64,000 nucleotides of DNA from Mustelus asterias (lineage: Eukaryota), in contig NW_027590175.1 in the NCBI RefSeq assembly GCF_964213995.1, positions 62,001 to 126,000 on the forward strand. Reading direction: 5' to 3'. Of this stretch, positions 40,228-52,434 are shown piece by piece; within the stretch, counting starts at the first letter, position 1; each line of letters starts with the position of its first letter. The notes beneath the pieces were generated by a model, which had not been told where the DNA came from, did no database searches, and saw only the letters and a program-made list of their open reading frames with translations. Position numbers and translations under genes: made by a program.

Positions 40228-40560
40228 GGGGAGGCGATGGCCTAGTGGTATTATCGCTAGACTATTAATCCAGAAACGCAGCTAATGTTCTGGGGACATG
40301 GGTTCGAATCCCACCACGGCAGATGGTGGAATTTGACTAAAAAATATCTGGAATTAAGAATCTACTGATGACCATGAAACCGTTGTCGATGGTCAGCGTT
40401 CTTGAGGGAAGGAAATTTGCCATCCTTACCTGGTCTGGCCTATATGTGATTCCAGAGCCACAGCAATGTGACTGACACTCAACTGCCCTCTCGAGAGAAA
40501 CTAGGGATGGGCAATAAACGCTGACCAGCGACACCCATGTCCCACGAATGAATAATAAAA
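40228..40560 (+). mobile_element. SINE family 2, full length
   Basis: A-box tggcctagtgg, B-box ggttcgaatcc, tail gggcaataaacgctgaccagcgacacccatgtcccacgaatgaat. Confidence 0.85.
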
Positions 40561-40766
40561 CTGTCAGAGTGAACATGGTTCAGTTCTGGATGTGAATAAC
40601 AGCAGCAATAACAGCAGTCCCTGTAATCACTTGTGAACTCGCTGGTATCTGAACAGATTGGATAACTGAGTGAATGCCATCCTGCACAGACCCAGTGAAT
40701 GGTCTCTCCCCAGCATAAGACACTGGTGTGTCATAAGGTTGGATGAATCAATGATTGCTTTCTCAC

Positions 40767-41375
40767 TCAGCTGAACAGCCTCTCTCTACTGTGAACTCGC
40801 TGGTGTGTCTGCAAGTGAGATAATCGATTAAATCTCATCTCACACTCTGGACAGCTGAATGGCCTCTCCCCTGTGTGAACTCGCTCGTGTCTCAGCAGGT
40901 CAGATGAAGTAGTGAATGCTTTCCCACACTCAGAGCAGGTGAACGGTCTCTCCCTGGTGTGAACTCGCTGGTGTATCTGTAGGTTGTAGGAGAGAGAGAA
41001 TCCCTTTCCACATTCAGAGCAGGTGAATGGCCTCTCCCCAGTGTGAACTCGCTGGTGTGTCTGCAACTGAGATAACCGACTGAAACTCATCACACACTTG
41101 GAGCAGGTAAATGGCCTCTCCCCACTGTGAATTCGCTGGTGTATCCGGAGGTTGGAAGAGCGAGAGAATCCCTTTCCACACTGTGAACAGATGAACGGCC
41201 TCTCCCCTGTGTGAACCCGCTGGTGTGTCATTAAGTCGGATGAAGTAGTAAATCCCTTTGCACACTTAGTGCAGGTGAATGGTCTCTCCCCAGTGTGACT
41301 GCGCCGATGAATTTCCAGCTCCGAGGGGAATCTGAATCCCTTCCCACAATGTCCACATTTCCACAGTTTCTCCAT
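40767..41375 (-). CDS. C2H2 ZNF copy F, 7 fingers; ~2 decayed fingers follow the stop (to ~40630)
   Basis: accATGg MEKLWKC; open ORF; conserved acceptor at ~41604. Confidence 0.85.
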   Translation of the reverse strand: MEKLWKCGHCGKGFRFPSELEIHRRSHTGERPFTCTKCAKGFTTSSDLMTHQRVHTGERPFICSQCGKGFSRSSNLRIHQRIHSGERPFTCSKCVMSFSRLSQLQTHQRVHTGERPFTCSECGKGFSLSYNLQIHQRVHTRERPFTCSECGKAFTTSSDLLRHERVHTGERPFSCPECEMRFNRLSHLQTHQRVHSRERLFS

Positions 41376-42223
41376 GGTGCCAGTGTCCTTGTATCTCTCC
41401 AGGTTTGCTGATTAGTTGCGGTTGGTGTGTGTGTATGTGTTACACCAATGTTTAAAATCTTTTGAAGCAGATAAAAGAGAGAAATATTTCTCCTGGACTC
41501 AAATGCCGATAATATTCTGGTACCAATAATCGAACAATTCTGTTAATTCTTCACTTGATGTTTCCTTTGAGATTTCAATCTGTAAATCCTTCCCTCCATT
41601 ATCCTGTAAAAGGAGTTGACAAAAGTCATCACCGTCAGTACTGGATAGAAATTCAGAACAGATAATTCTGAATATAACTGGACTAAAAACATGTGGTATA
41701 CAATGCTGCATTTCTTAATTAGATAGGTGATGGGAAGGAGATTTGAGAAAACTATATTTACTCCAAATTTTAAAAGCAATCTTTCTGAATTGTAATGTCT
41801 CTTTGACTGGAACTATATAACATAACTACATGCTATAATTACAAGAATAAAACAATGAATCTTATTACCAAAACATAAATATACCAAATATATGAACACA
41901 AGATATATCTCTGTTGTGACTAATCTAAAAAGTAAACAAATTTCCAGAAAGTTCCAATGGAATACTGAAGGACAAGGTTTCACATTTTAAAAAATACTTT
42001 ACAAATCAATCTAAAACCAGCATCACTAAATCATGCAGAGAGAAACACTATTTGAATGCACAAGATAAATTACACTTTAAAAAGCTCAGACAATAAAAAC
42101 AGGTTTCACAAAATCACAAACATTTCCCCCTCAGTATATTTGGCTCTAATTCCAGTTACAGAACTCTCTGTAATTCCCAGGGGGAGAAAGAAAGTGTTTT
42201 ACTCACAGATGTTGTCCAGAGGA

Positions 42224-42430
42224 TGAAGTTTGAGTCTGTGTGTGAGGTTTGAGTCTGTGTGTGAAGTTTGAGTGTGTGTGTGAAGTTTGAGTGTGTGGTG
42301 AAGTTTGAGTCTGTGTGTGAAGTTTGAGTCTGTGTGTGAAGTTTGAGTCTGTGGTGAAGTTTGAGTCTGTGGTGAAGTTTGAGTCTGTGGTGAAGTTTGA
42401 GTCTGTGTGTGAAGTTTGAGTCTGTGGTCA
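42224..42430. repeat. 17-18 bp tandem repeat gaagtttgagtctgtg(tgt/gt), ~11-12 copies
   Basis: Direct reading. Confidence 0.92.
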
Positions 42431-42499
42431 AGCTACAAACAGAAGCTGTTCTGTTTCAAATCAAACTGCGGGACTTGGAAGAAAATGATGGGAAGAGAT

Positions 42500-43000
42500 T
42501 TTGCAAAGTCCCCTCCCCCACTCCCTCAGCTGGCAGCCCAGCACGCAGGCGCAGAGAGCGCTGCTGAGCCGAGCTGTCCGGAGCAGGCGCAGAGAGCGCT
42601 GCTCAGCCGAGCTGTCCGGAGCAGGCGCAGAGAGCGCTGCTGAGCCGAGCTGTCCGGGGCAGGCGCAGAGAGCGCTGCTGAGCCGAGCTGTCCGGAGCAG
42701 GCGCAGTGCGGCTGCCACCAGCGGTCGCTCTCGATCTCTTTTTGGAGCAGCAGCCGCCGTAGAAAGAGGGGGGAGGGGGAGATCACCGAGCGGCTTCTCG
42801 CTCTGGCCGGAGCCGCCAGCCGGTTGCCCGGAAACCTTGGCTCGAGGAGGTGTCGGGGGAGGGGAACAATAGGTGGGGGCGGGACTCCCGTGTCCGCGCG
42901 CCCAGGCCTGCGCACTGGAACCCGAGGATGTCACTGCGGTGCAGACTGATTCCTATTGGCTGATATAGGCAGGCCTCCATTGACGTCACAATGCAAAAGT
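42500..43000. promoter_or_regulatory. Candidate bidirectional CpG promoter between head-to-head ZNF F (-) and G (+), with 38 bp tandem repeat 42544-42705
   Basis: gcaggcgca NRF1-like site in each repeat, ETS ccggaa, GC box, attgg, CRE tgacgtca 42981-42988. Confidence 0.7.
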
Positions 43001-43900
43001 TTGTTGATGATTTTCAGAGTGAAACTTCCTCCTCTGGACAACATCTGGGAGGAAATCAATGTTTCCCCCTTTCCATTTCTTTTCTCATTCTGGGGGAAAT
43101 TGGGGACTTGCAGCAACTGAAGGGAGAGGAAGTGAATTTAGGGAGGCTGCAGACTGGAACTATTACAGACGAACATCGGGCATTAGGAGCAGGACGAGAC
43201 CCAGGTATATTTTTCTTTCTCTCTCAAAGATATTGACATCTTTTGACTCCCTCAGGATGTCGCACCTATTTATCTGGCTAATAGGATAGCCTCTTACCTA
43301 ATGTTCACAATTAAAGGGGGAGTTTTCCCAGGAGAAGGCTGTTTAAATGAACAGTAAATTCGCTTGGGACAGAGATATGTTTAATGTAGTTATATGGTAC
43401 GTGCTATGTTATTTATGATTCCCTATTTCTTGTCTTGATATATAAAAGGCACTGTGTCAACGTTACCCTATTTCCACTGATGGAGACATTACAACATAGA
43501 AGGAATCCATTTGGCAACTCAAATCCATGCCAACCCTCTTTGGAGCAATTCAGCCAGTCCCATTCCCCCTCTATATTCCCATTCCCCTGAGTTTCACATC
43601 ACAATGGAACGGATGAGAATTCCAGATGAGCTGAGTTTGGGTGGAGCCGGGCGATGTCACTGAGATGGAAATAGTGATGATGATGTGGACATGTGGCTGG
43701 AACCTCATCTTGGGGTGAAATATTTCACCGGGGTTGTGAACAGCCTGGTTCAGGTCAGACATGTTGCCAGCAAGAGGGATAGAGTTGTTGGCGAGCAAGT
43801 GGAGCTTGGAGAGGGGACTGAAGACAGTGGGTTCAGTCTTCCCAGTATTTATATGAAATAAATTTCTGTTCGTTTAGTACTGGAAGTCAGATAAGTCAGG

Positions 43901-45577
43901 ATGGTGTGTGGGTTGGAGGAACTCGGAGGTGATGGGTTGCAAGGGAGTAGAATAGACAGTATTACAGTTGATAAGGAGGATGTGCAGGATATTCTGGAGG
44001 GTCTGAAAATAGATAAATCCCCTGGTCCGGATGGGATTTATCCAAGGATTCTCTGGGAGGCAAGAGAAGTGATTGCAGAGCCTCTGGCTCTGATCTTCAG
44101 GTCGTCGTTGGCCTCTGGTATAGTACCAGAAGATTGGAGGTTAGCGAATGTTGTCCCATTGTTTAAGAAGGGGAACAGAGACTTCCCCGGGAATTATAGA
44201 CCGGTGAGTCTCACTTCTGTTGTCGGCAAGATGTTGGAAAAAATTATAAGGGATAGGATTTATAGTTATTTGGAGAGTAATGAATTGATAGGTGATAGTC
44301 AGCATGGTTTTGTGGCAGGTAGGTCGTGCCTTACTAACCTTATTGAGTTTTTTGAGAAAGTGACCAAGGAGGTGGATGGGGGCAAGGCAGTGGACGTGGT
44401 ATATATGGATTTTAGTAAGGCGTTTGATAAGGTTCACCATGGTAGGCTTCTGCAGAAAATGCAGATGTATGGGATTGGGGGTGATCTAGGAAATTGGATC
44501 AGGAATTGGCTAGCGGATAGGAAACAGAGGGTGGTGGTTGATAGTAAATATTCATCATGGAGTGCGGTTACAAGTGGTGTACCTCAGGGATCTGTTTTGG
44601 GGCCACTGCTGTTTGTAATATTTATTAATGATCTGGATGAGGGTATAGTTGGGTGGATTAGCATATTTGCTGATGACACCAAAGTCGGTGGTGTGGTAGA
44701 CAGTGAGGAAGGGTGTCGTAGTTTGCAGGAAGACTTAGACAGGTTGCAAAGTTGGGCCGAGAGGTGGCGGATGGAGTTTAATGCGGAGAAGTGTGAGGTA
44801 ATTCACTTTGGTAGGAATAACAGATGTGTTGAGTATAGGGCTAACGGGAGGACTTTGAGTAGTGTGGAGGAGCAGAGGGATCTAGGTGTATGTGTGCATA
44901 GATCCCTGAAGGTTGGGAATCAAGTAGATAGGGTTGTTAAGAAGGCATATGGTGTCTTGGCGTTTATTGGTAGGGGGATTGAATTTAGGAGTCGTGGCGT
45001 TATGTTGCAACTGTACACAACTCTGGTGCGGCCGCACTTGGAGTACTGTGTGCAGTTCTGGTCCCCACATTACAGGAAGGATGTGGAGGCTTTGGAGAGG
45101 GTGCAGAGGAGGTTTACCAGGATGTTGCCTGGTATGGAGGGGAGATCCTATGAGGAGAGGCTGAGGGATTTGGGATTGTTTTCGCTGGAAAGGCGGCGGC
45201 TAAGAGGGGATCTTATTGAAACATATAAGATGATTAGAGGTTTAGATAGGGTGGATAGTGATAGCCTTTTTCCTCTGATGGAGAAATCCAGCACGAGGGG
45301 GCATGGCTTTAAATTGAGGGGGGGTAGTTATAGAACCGATGTCAGGGGTAGGTTCTTTACCCAGAGGGTGGTGAGGGATTGGAATGCCCTGCCAGCATCA
45401 GTAGTAAATGCGCCTAGTTTGGGGGCGTTTAAGAGATCCGTAGATAGGTTCATGGACGAAAAGGAATTGGTTTAGGTTGGAGGGTCACAGTTTTTTTTTT
45501 AACTGGTCGGTGCAACATCGTGGGCCGAAGGGCCTGTTCTGCGCTGTAATGTTCTATGTTCTATGTTCTATGTTCTA
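43901..45577 (+). mobile_element. Young 5'-truncated CR1 with uninterrupted RT-domain ORF (to TAG 45475)
   Basis: 524-codon open frame with [21 protein letters not shown]; (tgttcta)n tail; lies in the inferred intron of ZNF G. Confidence 0.93.
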
Positions 45578-46062
45578 TATCCATCTGCTATCTTGGTGGA
45601 GTTGAGGGTTTGTGAGATTCTGTCAAAGTTCTTGTCAAGTTGTAGATGTATAAAATCCCTTGCCTTCACCTCAGCCACTCCTACTTCTCTCTATCTCCTC
45701 CCAAAGTCCTGTGTAGACCCAGGCTGTGTGGCAGGTTTCATTCCCTGAAGGACAATCAGCGAACCAGTTGGGTTTGTGTGACAATCCAGCAGCTTTCCTC
45801 ACGGCAGCTCCACAAATTACCAGATGCATTCAGCTCAATTTCACAACCCACCGTTGTGTTTTTGTGGGTTCTTTCTCACTCACTTTTTTCTGTTTTAAAT
45901 CAATTTCACAGGGGTTTACAAGAGGACGATTTGCAGTTGAGAAACTGAAACAAAATATGATATCAGAACCTGATGGAGTCGGTCAATTTATTGTAACCTG
46001 AATATCATTGTATTTTGAAATTGGAAGAAAAAAGCACCACTCACAGTGGGGAGAAACTGTAC

Positions 46063-46983
46063 ATGTGTTCTGTTTGTGGACAAGACTTCAACCAATCATC
46101 TGGCCTTTGGGAACATAATTGCAGTCACAACAGGGAGATGGCATGGAAGTGTGAGGATTGTGGGAAGGAATTCAATTACCCATCCCTGCTGGAAACTCAT
46201 CGACGCAGTCACACTGGGGAGAGGCCATTCACCTGCTCCCAGTGTGGGAAGGGATTCACTCAGTTATCCAGCTTACATATACACCAGAGGACTCATGCTG
46301 AGGAGAGGCCGTTCACCTGCTCCCAATGTGGGAAGGGATTCAATCAGTCATCCAACTTAGCAATACACCAGCGTGTTCACACTGGGGAGAAACCGTTCAG
46401 CTGCTCTGACTGTGGGAAGGGATTTTCTCACTCATCCACTCTGCTGATACACCAGCGAACTCACACTCAGGAGAGGCCATTCACTTGCTCCCAGTGTGGG
46501 AAGGGATTTGCTGACTCATCTACTTTGTTGAAACACCAGCGAGTTCACACTGGGGAGAGGCCATTCACCTGTTCCCAGTGTGGAAAGGGATTTGCTCAGT
46601 CAGCCACCTTGTTCACACACCAGCGAATTCACACTGGGGAGAGGCCATTCACCTGCTCTGTGTGTGGGAAAGGATTCAGTCGGTCATCAACTCTGCTGAC
46701 ACACCAGCGAGTTCACACTGGGGAGAAACCATTCATCTGCTCTGTGTGTGGGAAAGGCTTCAATCACTCATCCAACCTCGCAACACATGAGCGAATCCAC
46801 ACAGAGGAGAGGCCATTCACCTGCTCTGTGTGTGAGAAGGGATTCAATCAGTCGTCTAAACTAGCAATACATCAGCGGGTTCACACTGGGGAGAGGCCAT
46901 TCACCTGCTTGCAGTGTGGGAAGGGATACGTTACCTCATCGAATCTTCTGACGCACCAGCGAATTCACAACGAACTATTGTGA
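46063..46983 (+). CDS. C2H2 ZNF copy G, 11 fingers
   Basis: Open ORF; first in-frame ATG 46063 (track start 46015 is TTG); acceptor ttcacag at ~45911. Confidence 0.88.
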   Translation: MCSVCGQDFNQSSGLWEHNCSHNREMAWKCEDCGKEFNYPSLLETHRRSHTGERPFTCSQCGKGFTQLSSLHIHQRTHAEERPFTCSQCGKGFNQSSNLAIHQRVHTGEKPFSCSDCGKGFSHSSTLLIHQRTHTQERPFTCSQCGKGFADSSTLLKHQRVHTGERPFTCSQCGKGFAQSATLFTHQRIHTGERPFTCSVCGKGFSRSSTLLTHQRVHTGEKPFICSVCGKGFNHSSNLATHERIHTEERPFTCSVCEKGFNQSSKLAIHQRVHTGERPFTCLQCGKGYVTSSNLLTHQRIHNELL

Positions 46984-47479
46984 TTGGATTTAAAATTAGG
47001 GAGAAACCATGAAAATGTACAGACTGTGAGGAGAGTTTCAGATACCTGTCAGAGCTGTTTGAAGATGGAGGGTTTCTACAGGCTGCTCTAAGACTTGTCT
47101 TCTCTCTGAAAGCTTCAGGAGTCTATACTCATTATAGCAAGTATATTTATGGTCTCTAACTGTAACTGAAGTGGGATCTACATCTCTGAGGAATGTTGCA
47201 TATTTGGAACTGAAATTGTGCTAAATTAAAAATTAAAGTTGTTTCCTTTCACTGTTAAATATTGTTCAACTGTTAATAGTTAAGCTGCTTCATTTTTTGG
47301 AATTATATTTAAGCTGTTATTAAATAAAGTTTGTTTGACCATGAAAGATTCCTAATTTGTCAGTGGAATTACTCCTGGAGTGAAGCCTCCTATCCTCACA
47401 TTTATGCCAAAATAGAAAACTTTGTTTTGGATCTAATCTGGCTTCTGAACATAATTTATGGGTTCTGGTCCAGGACACT

Positions 47480-47750
47480 TTTGGAAGGGATTCACTCTAT
47501 AATCTCCCCTCCAACCATCCCCGCTTCACACTGGGGAGAGACCTTTTGAATGCCCAGACTGTGAGAACTGCTATAAAAGCTATGGAAAACTGATGTGTCA
47601 TCAACGTGTTCACACTGATGAGAGACCATTCAGCTGCTTTTACTGTGAGACGGGGTTCAGGGAATCATTTCAACTCCCTGTACACCAGCGAGTTCACACT
47701 GGGGAGAGGCTATTCACCAGCTCTGAGTTTGGGAAGAGATTCACTCAGTT
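47480..47750 (+). pseudogene. Degraded ZNF finger relic
   Basis: [24 protein letters not shown] remnants. Confidence 0.65.
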
Positions 47751-49021
47751 TTGAGGTTCGATTTCCAGTATCTACAGTACCTTATTTTGATCTGATTTTT
47801 TGTTTGATTTATTATTGTTGCATGTATTGGGATACAGTGAACAGTATTGTTTCTTGCGCACCATACAGACAAAACCTACCGTTCCAGCATTTTCTGTTTT
47901 AGTTCCTTTTGAAGGGTTCCCCCTCTCTCCTCCATCCTCACCGACAACAACAAGTCTGAGGAGCTCATGGAGCTCCTTTGTCACTAAAATGGAGACAACC
48001 TGATCAGCTGCCTCTGCTGTTTCCCTCCCTTCCACTGGGTCAAACTGTGTCTAACAATTTTCCCAAGCTTAAACTCATCTTTCTTTAGTTTCTCTCTGTC
48101 AAGCAGTTGATTTAGTAATCTATATTTGTATTATTGGATATTAGAAATAAGGTATAGATTTAAGTGAGTTTAATTCGGTGTTTCTGTGTACAGAAGGGTT
48201 AAAACTTTCATAGATTAATGTTAAATAAAGGTGTTTGCATGTATGAGGTTTTGGTTTCATTTCAAACTGTGCCCATATTCTGTTTAGAGAATTTACAATG
48301 TGAAAACACACAAGCGTAAAGAAAGATTAGGTTGTTACTTGGCAACCAGTGGCCATTTTGGGTTCGAAAGAATTTCTGAGTTAGCTGAAGAGGAAACTGC
48401 CAGAAACATGAGGCACAACAATGGAGTAAGGGCAAGAAAGAAAGTCCCAGAAGTTTAAGAACAGATAGTTCTAGAAAAAAGTCTGAGGAAAACTGAAGTC
48501 AAAGGGAATCTGAACAAGATACTGTTCCCTGAAGTTAAAGAAAGGGGCAAAGAGTGGTTTCCAGATAAAGGCAACACACATGGTGACGTTGGCTGGTGAA
48601 AAGCCAGACTCTGAAGTAATCCTAAGGTTGGGGACTTTGGTACCACCTGTGAAACAGTAGTGTTCTGTTGGCATGGCTGGGTACCTGAGAGATTACGTGG
48701 AAGCTTGAATGCATGTGATAATCTAAGGCAGAAGAATAGTGAAAGGAGAGATTGAAATCCTGGAAGTGGATCCTTGCTGAAAAGATCTGAGAGAGCGCAT
48801 TGTTTGGGAGAACATTTTCGAGAGTGGATCTGGTTGATGAACATTTCTGTGCACCAATTTCAATGACAATGTTACAATTCGTGATGTTACACATGACAGA
48901 ATCTCAGTGTGATTACTCAGCATCAGGTTATACTCTGAACCGGTGCAGTGCAAATGTTGGAACTTACTGATCAGGAACCGGTCAGAGATTACATTGAATC
49001 ACAGAGAATTCTCTCATTCTT

Positions 49022-49335
49022 GGGCGACACGGTGACACAGTGGTGAGCACTGCTGACTCACAGTGCCAGGGTCCCGGGTTCGAATCCCGGCTTGGGTCAC
49101 TGTCTGTGTGGAGTTTGCACATTCTCCCCGTGTCTGCGTGGGTTTCCTCCGGTTTCCTTCTCCAGTCCAAAGATGTGTGGGTTAGGTGGATTGGCCATGC
49201 TAAATTGCCCTGAGTGTCAGGGGGGCTAGCTAGGGTAAATGCATGAGGTGATGGGGAGAGGGCCTGCGTGGGATTGTGGTCGGTGCAGACTCAATGGGCC
49301 GAATGGCCTCCTTCTACACTGTAGGGATTCTATGA
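49022..49335 (+). mobile_element. HE1 SINE (tail A)
   Basis: Head, V-domain and ctgtagggattctatg tail. Confidence 0.9.
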
Positions 49336-49544
49336 ATATCCAGACCAGAAAGACATTGTTCGGTTTAACTAGTCTGTGCTGGGGTTTATATTTCACACAA
49401 GACACCTCCCATTCCATCTCCCTCATTTCAGCCTTTCAGCTCATCTTTCTAATCTCCTTTCCCTCATGTACTCATCCCATTTTCTTTTTAAACTATGAGT
49501 TGTCCAGCTAGTTCCTGTGGCAGTGAATTTCACATTGTGATCAA

Positions 49545-49880
49545 TCTCTGAGTATAGATGGTGAGTGACTTGGAGGGAAACGTGCAGGTGATGATGTTCC
49601 CATGCATTTGCTGCCCTTCTCCAAGGGGCTAGAGGTTGCGGGTTTGCAACATGCTGTCAAAGAAGCCTTGGTGAGTGCTTGCAGTGCATCTTGTAGGTGG
49701 TACACACAGCTGCCATGTGAGTCAGTGTTGGAGGGACTAGATGTTTGTCGAAGGATTGCCAATCAAGCTGCTTTGTCTTGGATGGTGTTGAGCTTCCCGA
49801 GTTGTTGGAGCTGCACTAATTCAGAAAATTGGAGCTTATTCAATTGGACACAAGAGTTGTGCCTTGTAGATGCTGGACTT
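49545..49880 (-). mobile_element. Degraded CR1/L2-group LINE 3' fragment
   Basis: Minus-strand CTTYKMHCKHSPRLL-like remnant. Confidence 0.5.
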
Positions 49881-50852
49881 TGGGGAGAAGGATTAAACAG
49901 ACCTTTTAATGGAAAATTCACCTGATCTAGCCCAGATACCACGAGGAGATGGAAATGGGATGTGCTATGATTCTCAATTGAAACCCGACCCAACTGAAAA
50001 GGTGAACATTGAAGAGTTGAACACGGAGGGAGGGATGTCTGTTAGTGTTCTTCAGCAGTGGAAGTGGGGATCGGGATTGTGCTGGAAGAACAGGAGTGAT
50101 GGTGAAATGAGTCAGCAAATAGGGAACGGTTATTTAACCACCAGCTCAGGTTACTGAAGCCTGAATGTTGTGGGAGAGAAAAGGTGAGAGTGTTGCAGAG
50201 TTTAAAGTGGAACAGGAGAGTTTTAAGCTGGTGGAGTCAGTGAAATCTGAGTCTCGGTTTTGTCTGCTGTCATTTCATGGAGGCCCCGTTTTGCTGAAAC
50301 CAATCGAGAAAACGCTGGAAAATCTCAGCAAGTCTGGCAGCATCTGTCAGGAGAGAAAAGAGCTGATGTTTCGAGTCTGGATGACCCTTTGTCAAACCCT
50401 TTTCTCTTTTGGTTTCAGATTCCAGCATCCGCAGTCATTTGCTTTTATCCCATTTTGCTGAAACTCTTTATTTCCACAGTTACAGAATCAGTGAAAAGAC
50501 ATGACACATTCTTCACAGCAGCATCAAACTCACACTGACTGTTTCCTCACTCACCTCGAGATTATCGATTCACCTCCGGCCTCTTCGGTTCACTCCTGCT
50601 TCGGGTGTGGTCTCAGAATGGGGAGAGGGAGGATTAGTGACCACCTCCCCTCACCCCCCTCCCGCCCACAAACACACACAAAGAGGAACGACTCAAACAC
50701 AATCATTAAATAAAGCGAACACACGCACGCACACACCAAACGTGTATGTGCTCGCACACAGGTACACACACACACACATGAACTGAAATGCGTGTACACC
50801 CACACAGACACACACTCACTCATAGACACAAGCGTGCCTGCTCACAGACAAA

Positions 50853-51510
50853 ATCGTAGGATTCCTACAGTGCTGAAGAGACCATTCAGCCCTTTGAGTC
50901 TGCACTGACTCTCTGACAGAGCATCTTACCCAGGCCCTATTCCCGTTACCCCATATATTTACCCCACTAATCACCCTGATCGACATATTTTGTGACATAA
51001 AGCAGCAATTTAGCATGGTCAATCCACCTAACCAGCACATATTGAAGTTTGGGAGGAAACCAGAGCCTCCGGAAGAAACCCACGCAGACACGGGGAGAAC
51101 GTGCCAACTCCACACAGACACAGGGGCGGCACAATGGGGAGCACTGCTGCCTCACAGCACCAGGGACCTGGGTTCAAATCAAGCCTCAGGTTGTGTGAAG
51201 TTTGTGCATTCTCCCCGTGTCTGTGAGAGTTTCCTCCAGTTGCTCCGGTTTCCACCCTCACTCCAAAGACGTGTGATTGAGGTGGATTGGCCGTGCTAAA
51301 TTGCCCCTTAGTGTTGGGGATATGATCAGTGTAAATACGTGGGGTTATGGGGATAGGGCCTGGGTGGGATTGTTGTTGGTGCAGGCTCGGTGGGCCGATT
51401 GGTCTCTTTCTGCATTGTAGGGATTCTATGATTTATCCAAGGCTGGAATCGAACCCAGGGCCCTGGCGCTGTGAGGCAGCAGTGCTAACCACCGTGCCAC
51501 CATGCTGCCC
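50853..51510. mobile_element. Three adjacent HE1 pieces: minus 50853-51120, plus 51123-51432, minus head 51437-51510
   Basis: HE1 motifs in alternating orientation. Confidence 0.85.
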
Positions 51511-51569
51511 AGGTGGGCACACAGACAGCTGCACACACTACACTGTCAATCACCTGCCTCCAGCTGTCA

Positions 51570-51900
51570 GTGCTGAGGAAGTGAAACCAAGCTCCCCCCC
51601 TATCTCACTCACTGCTCTGTCAGGTGGATAGTAAAATCCCACCGCCATTACTGGATGGAGTGAAGGAGAGCTCCCGCTGGTTTCCGAGGGCCGATCTTTA
51701 TCCTTCAAACAGCCTAACATTTGGTGGTTATCCGACAGTTTGTGGGATGTGCTGTGTGCAGTGCCTGCCGGGTTTCCCAGGTGAACAGCAGTGACTGTGT
51801 TTCGGAAACAGGAAGCTGCCGTGTTGATTCAGAGCGCTCTGGAACAGCCCAGAACAAGCACAGGAGCTATATCATTCCCTCCTTTCGATGTTCCCTCCTG
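51570..51900 (+). mobile_element. Ancient Deu-domain SINE relic (SacSINE1-like)
   Basis: tcaggtggatagtaaaatccc...tttgtgggatgtgctgtgtgca resembles the Deu core as recalled; very diverged. Confidence 0.45.
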
Positions 51901-52434
51901 CCATTCTGTAGGAAGAGATGGTGACTGCACAGCAAGATCCCACAAGGCACGATGCAACACACAGCCAGGAAACTTAATTTCAGAGACGGTTTGAGGGACC
52001 CCTGGGAGAACCTGTTACAGCAGCTTGAATCTCAGGAACAGGTTACACAAACCTGTGACCTTCTGACCTGGGTGAGAGAGAGAATGAGAGGCACCAGGAT
52101 AAGCTGGGAATGACTGATCCAGGAACCTCCAGTCCCATCGTCAACTCCCAACAGGTCCCTTATCCGAGGCTCAGCAAAGGGGGTCAACATGATAAACAAC
52201 TGAATCCCCAGTGAAAAAATACACAGTCCCTGCTGTCAATATCTCCGGCCATTCCACATCGGTCACAGGTACACGGGCTAGTGTCTATCTCTGTGTGTGT
52301 GTGGAGGGGACAGTGATGGGAGGGCATGTTACCTACAGAAAGCCTGGTCCCAGGTTAGCCAGACGGCAGGTTGTATCCGGTGTCGATCGTCCTCAGGCCG
52401 TGTCTCAGCGAGCGATAGTAGGAGAGTGGGACCA

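Noticed and set aside
40767-40769. TGA at a Cys position ending ZNF F as a recoding site
   Set aside because: Appears to arise from a small deletion; the downstream fingers are frameshifted and decayed
42156-42934. His-rich and Ala/Arg-rich ORFs
   Set aside because: Translations of the 18 bp and 38 bp tandem repeats and of GC-rich promoter DNA
43901-45475. Domesticated reverse transcriptase gene
   Set aside because: 5'-truncated with an intact LINE tail; the ATG probably comes from flanking sequence; best read as a young insertion
47050-48900. Possible LTR fragments (also 38380-39400 and 29700-30050)
   Set aside because: AATAAA-containing, LTR-like composition, but no termini, TSD or internal domains could be defined by eye
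51627-51660. GGGILL-like segment as the last EMC4 exon
   Set aside because: Wrong phase at the acceptor and lies inside a SINE relic; 52470-52435 fits exactly
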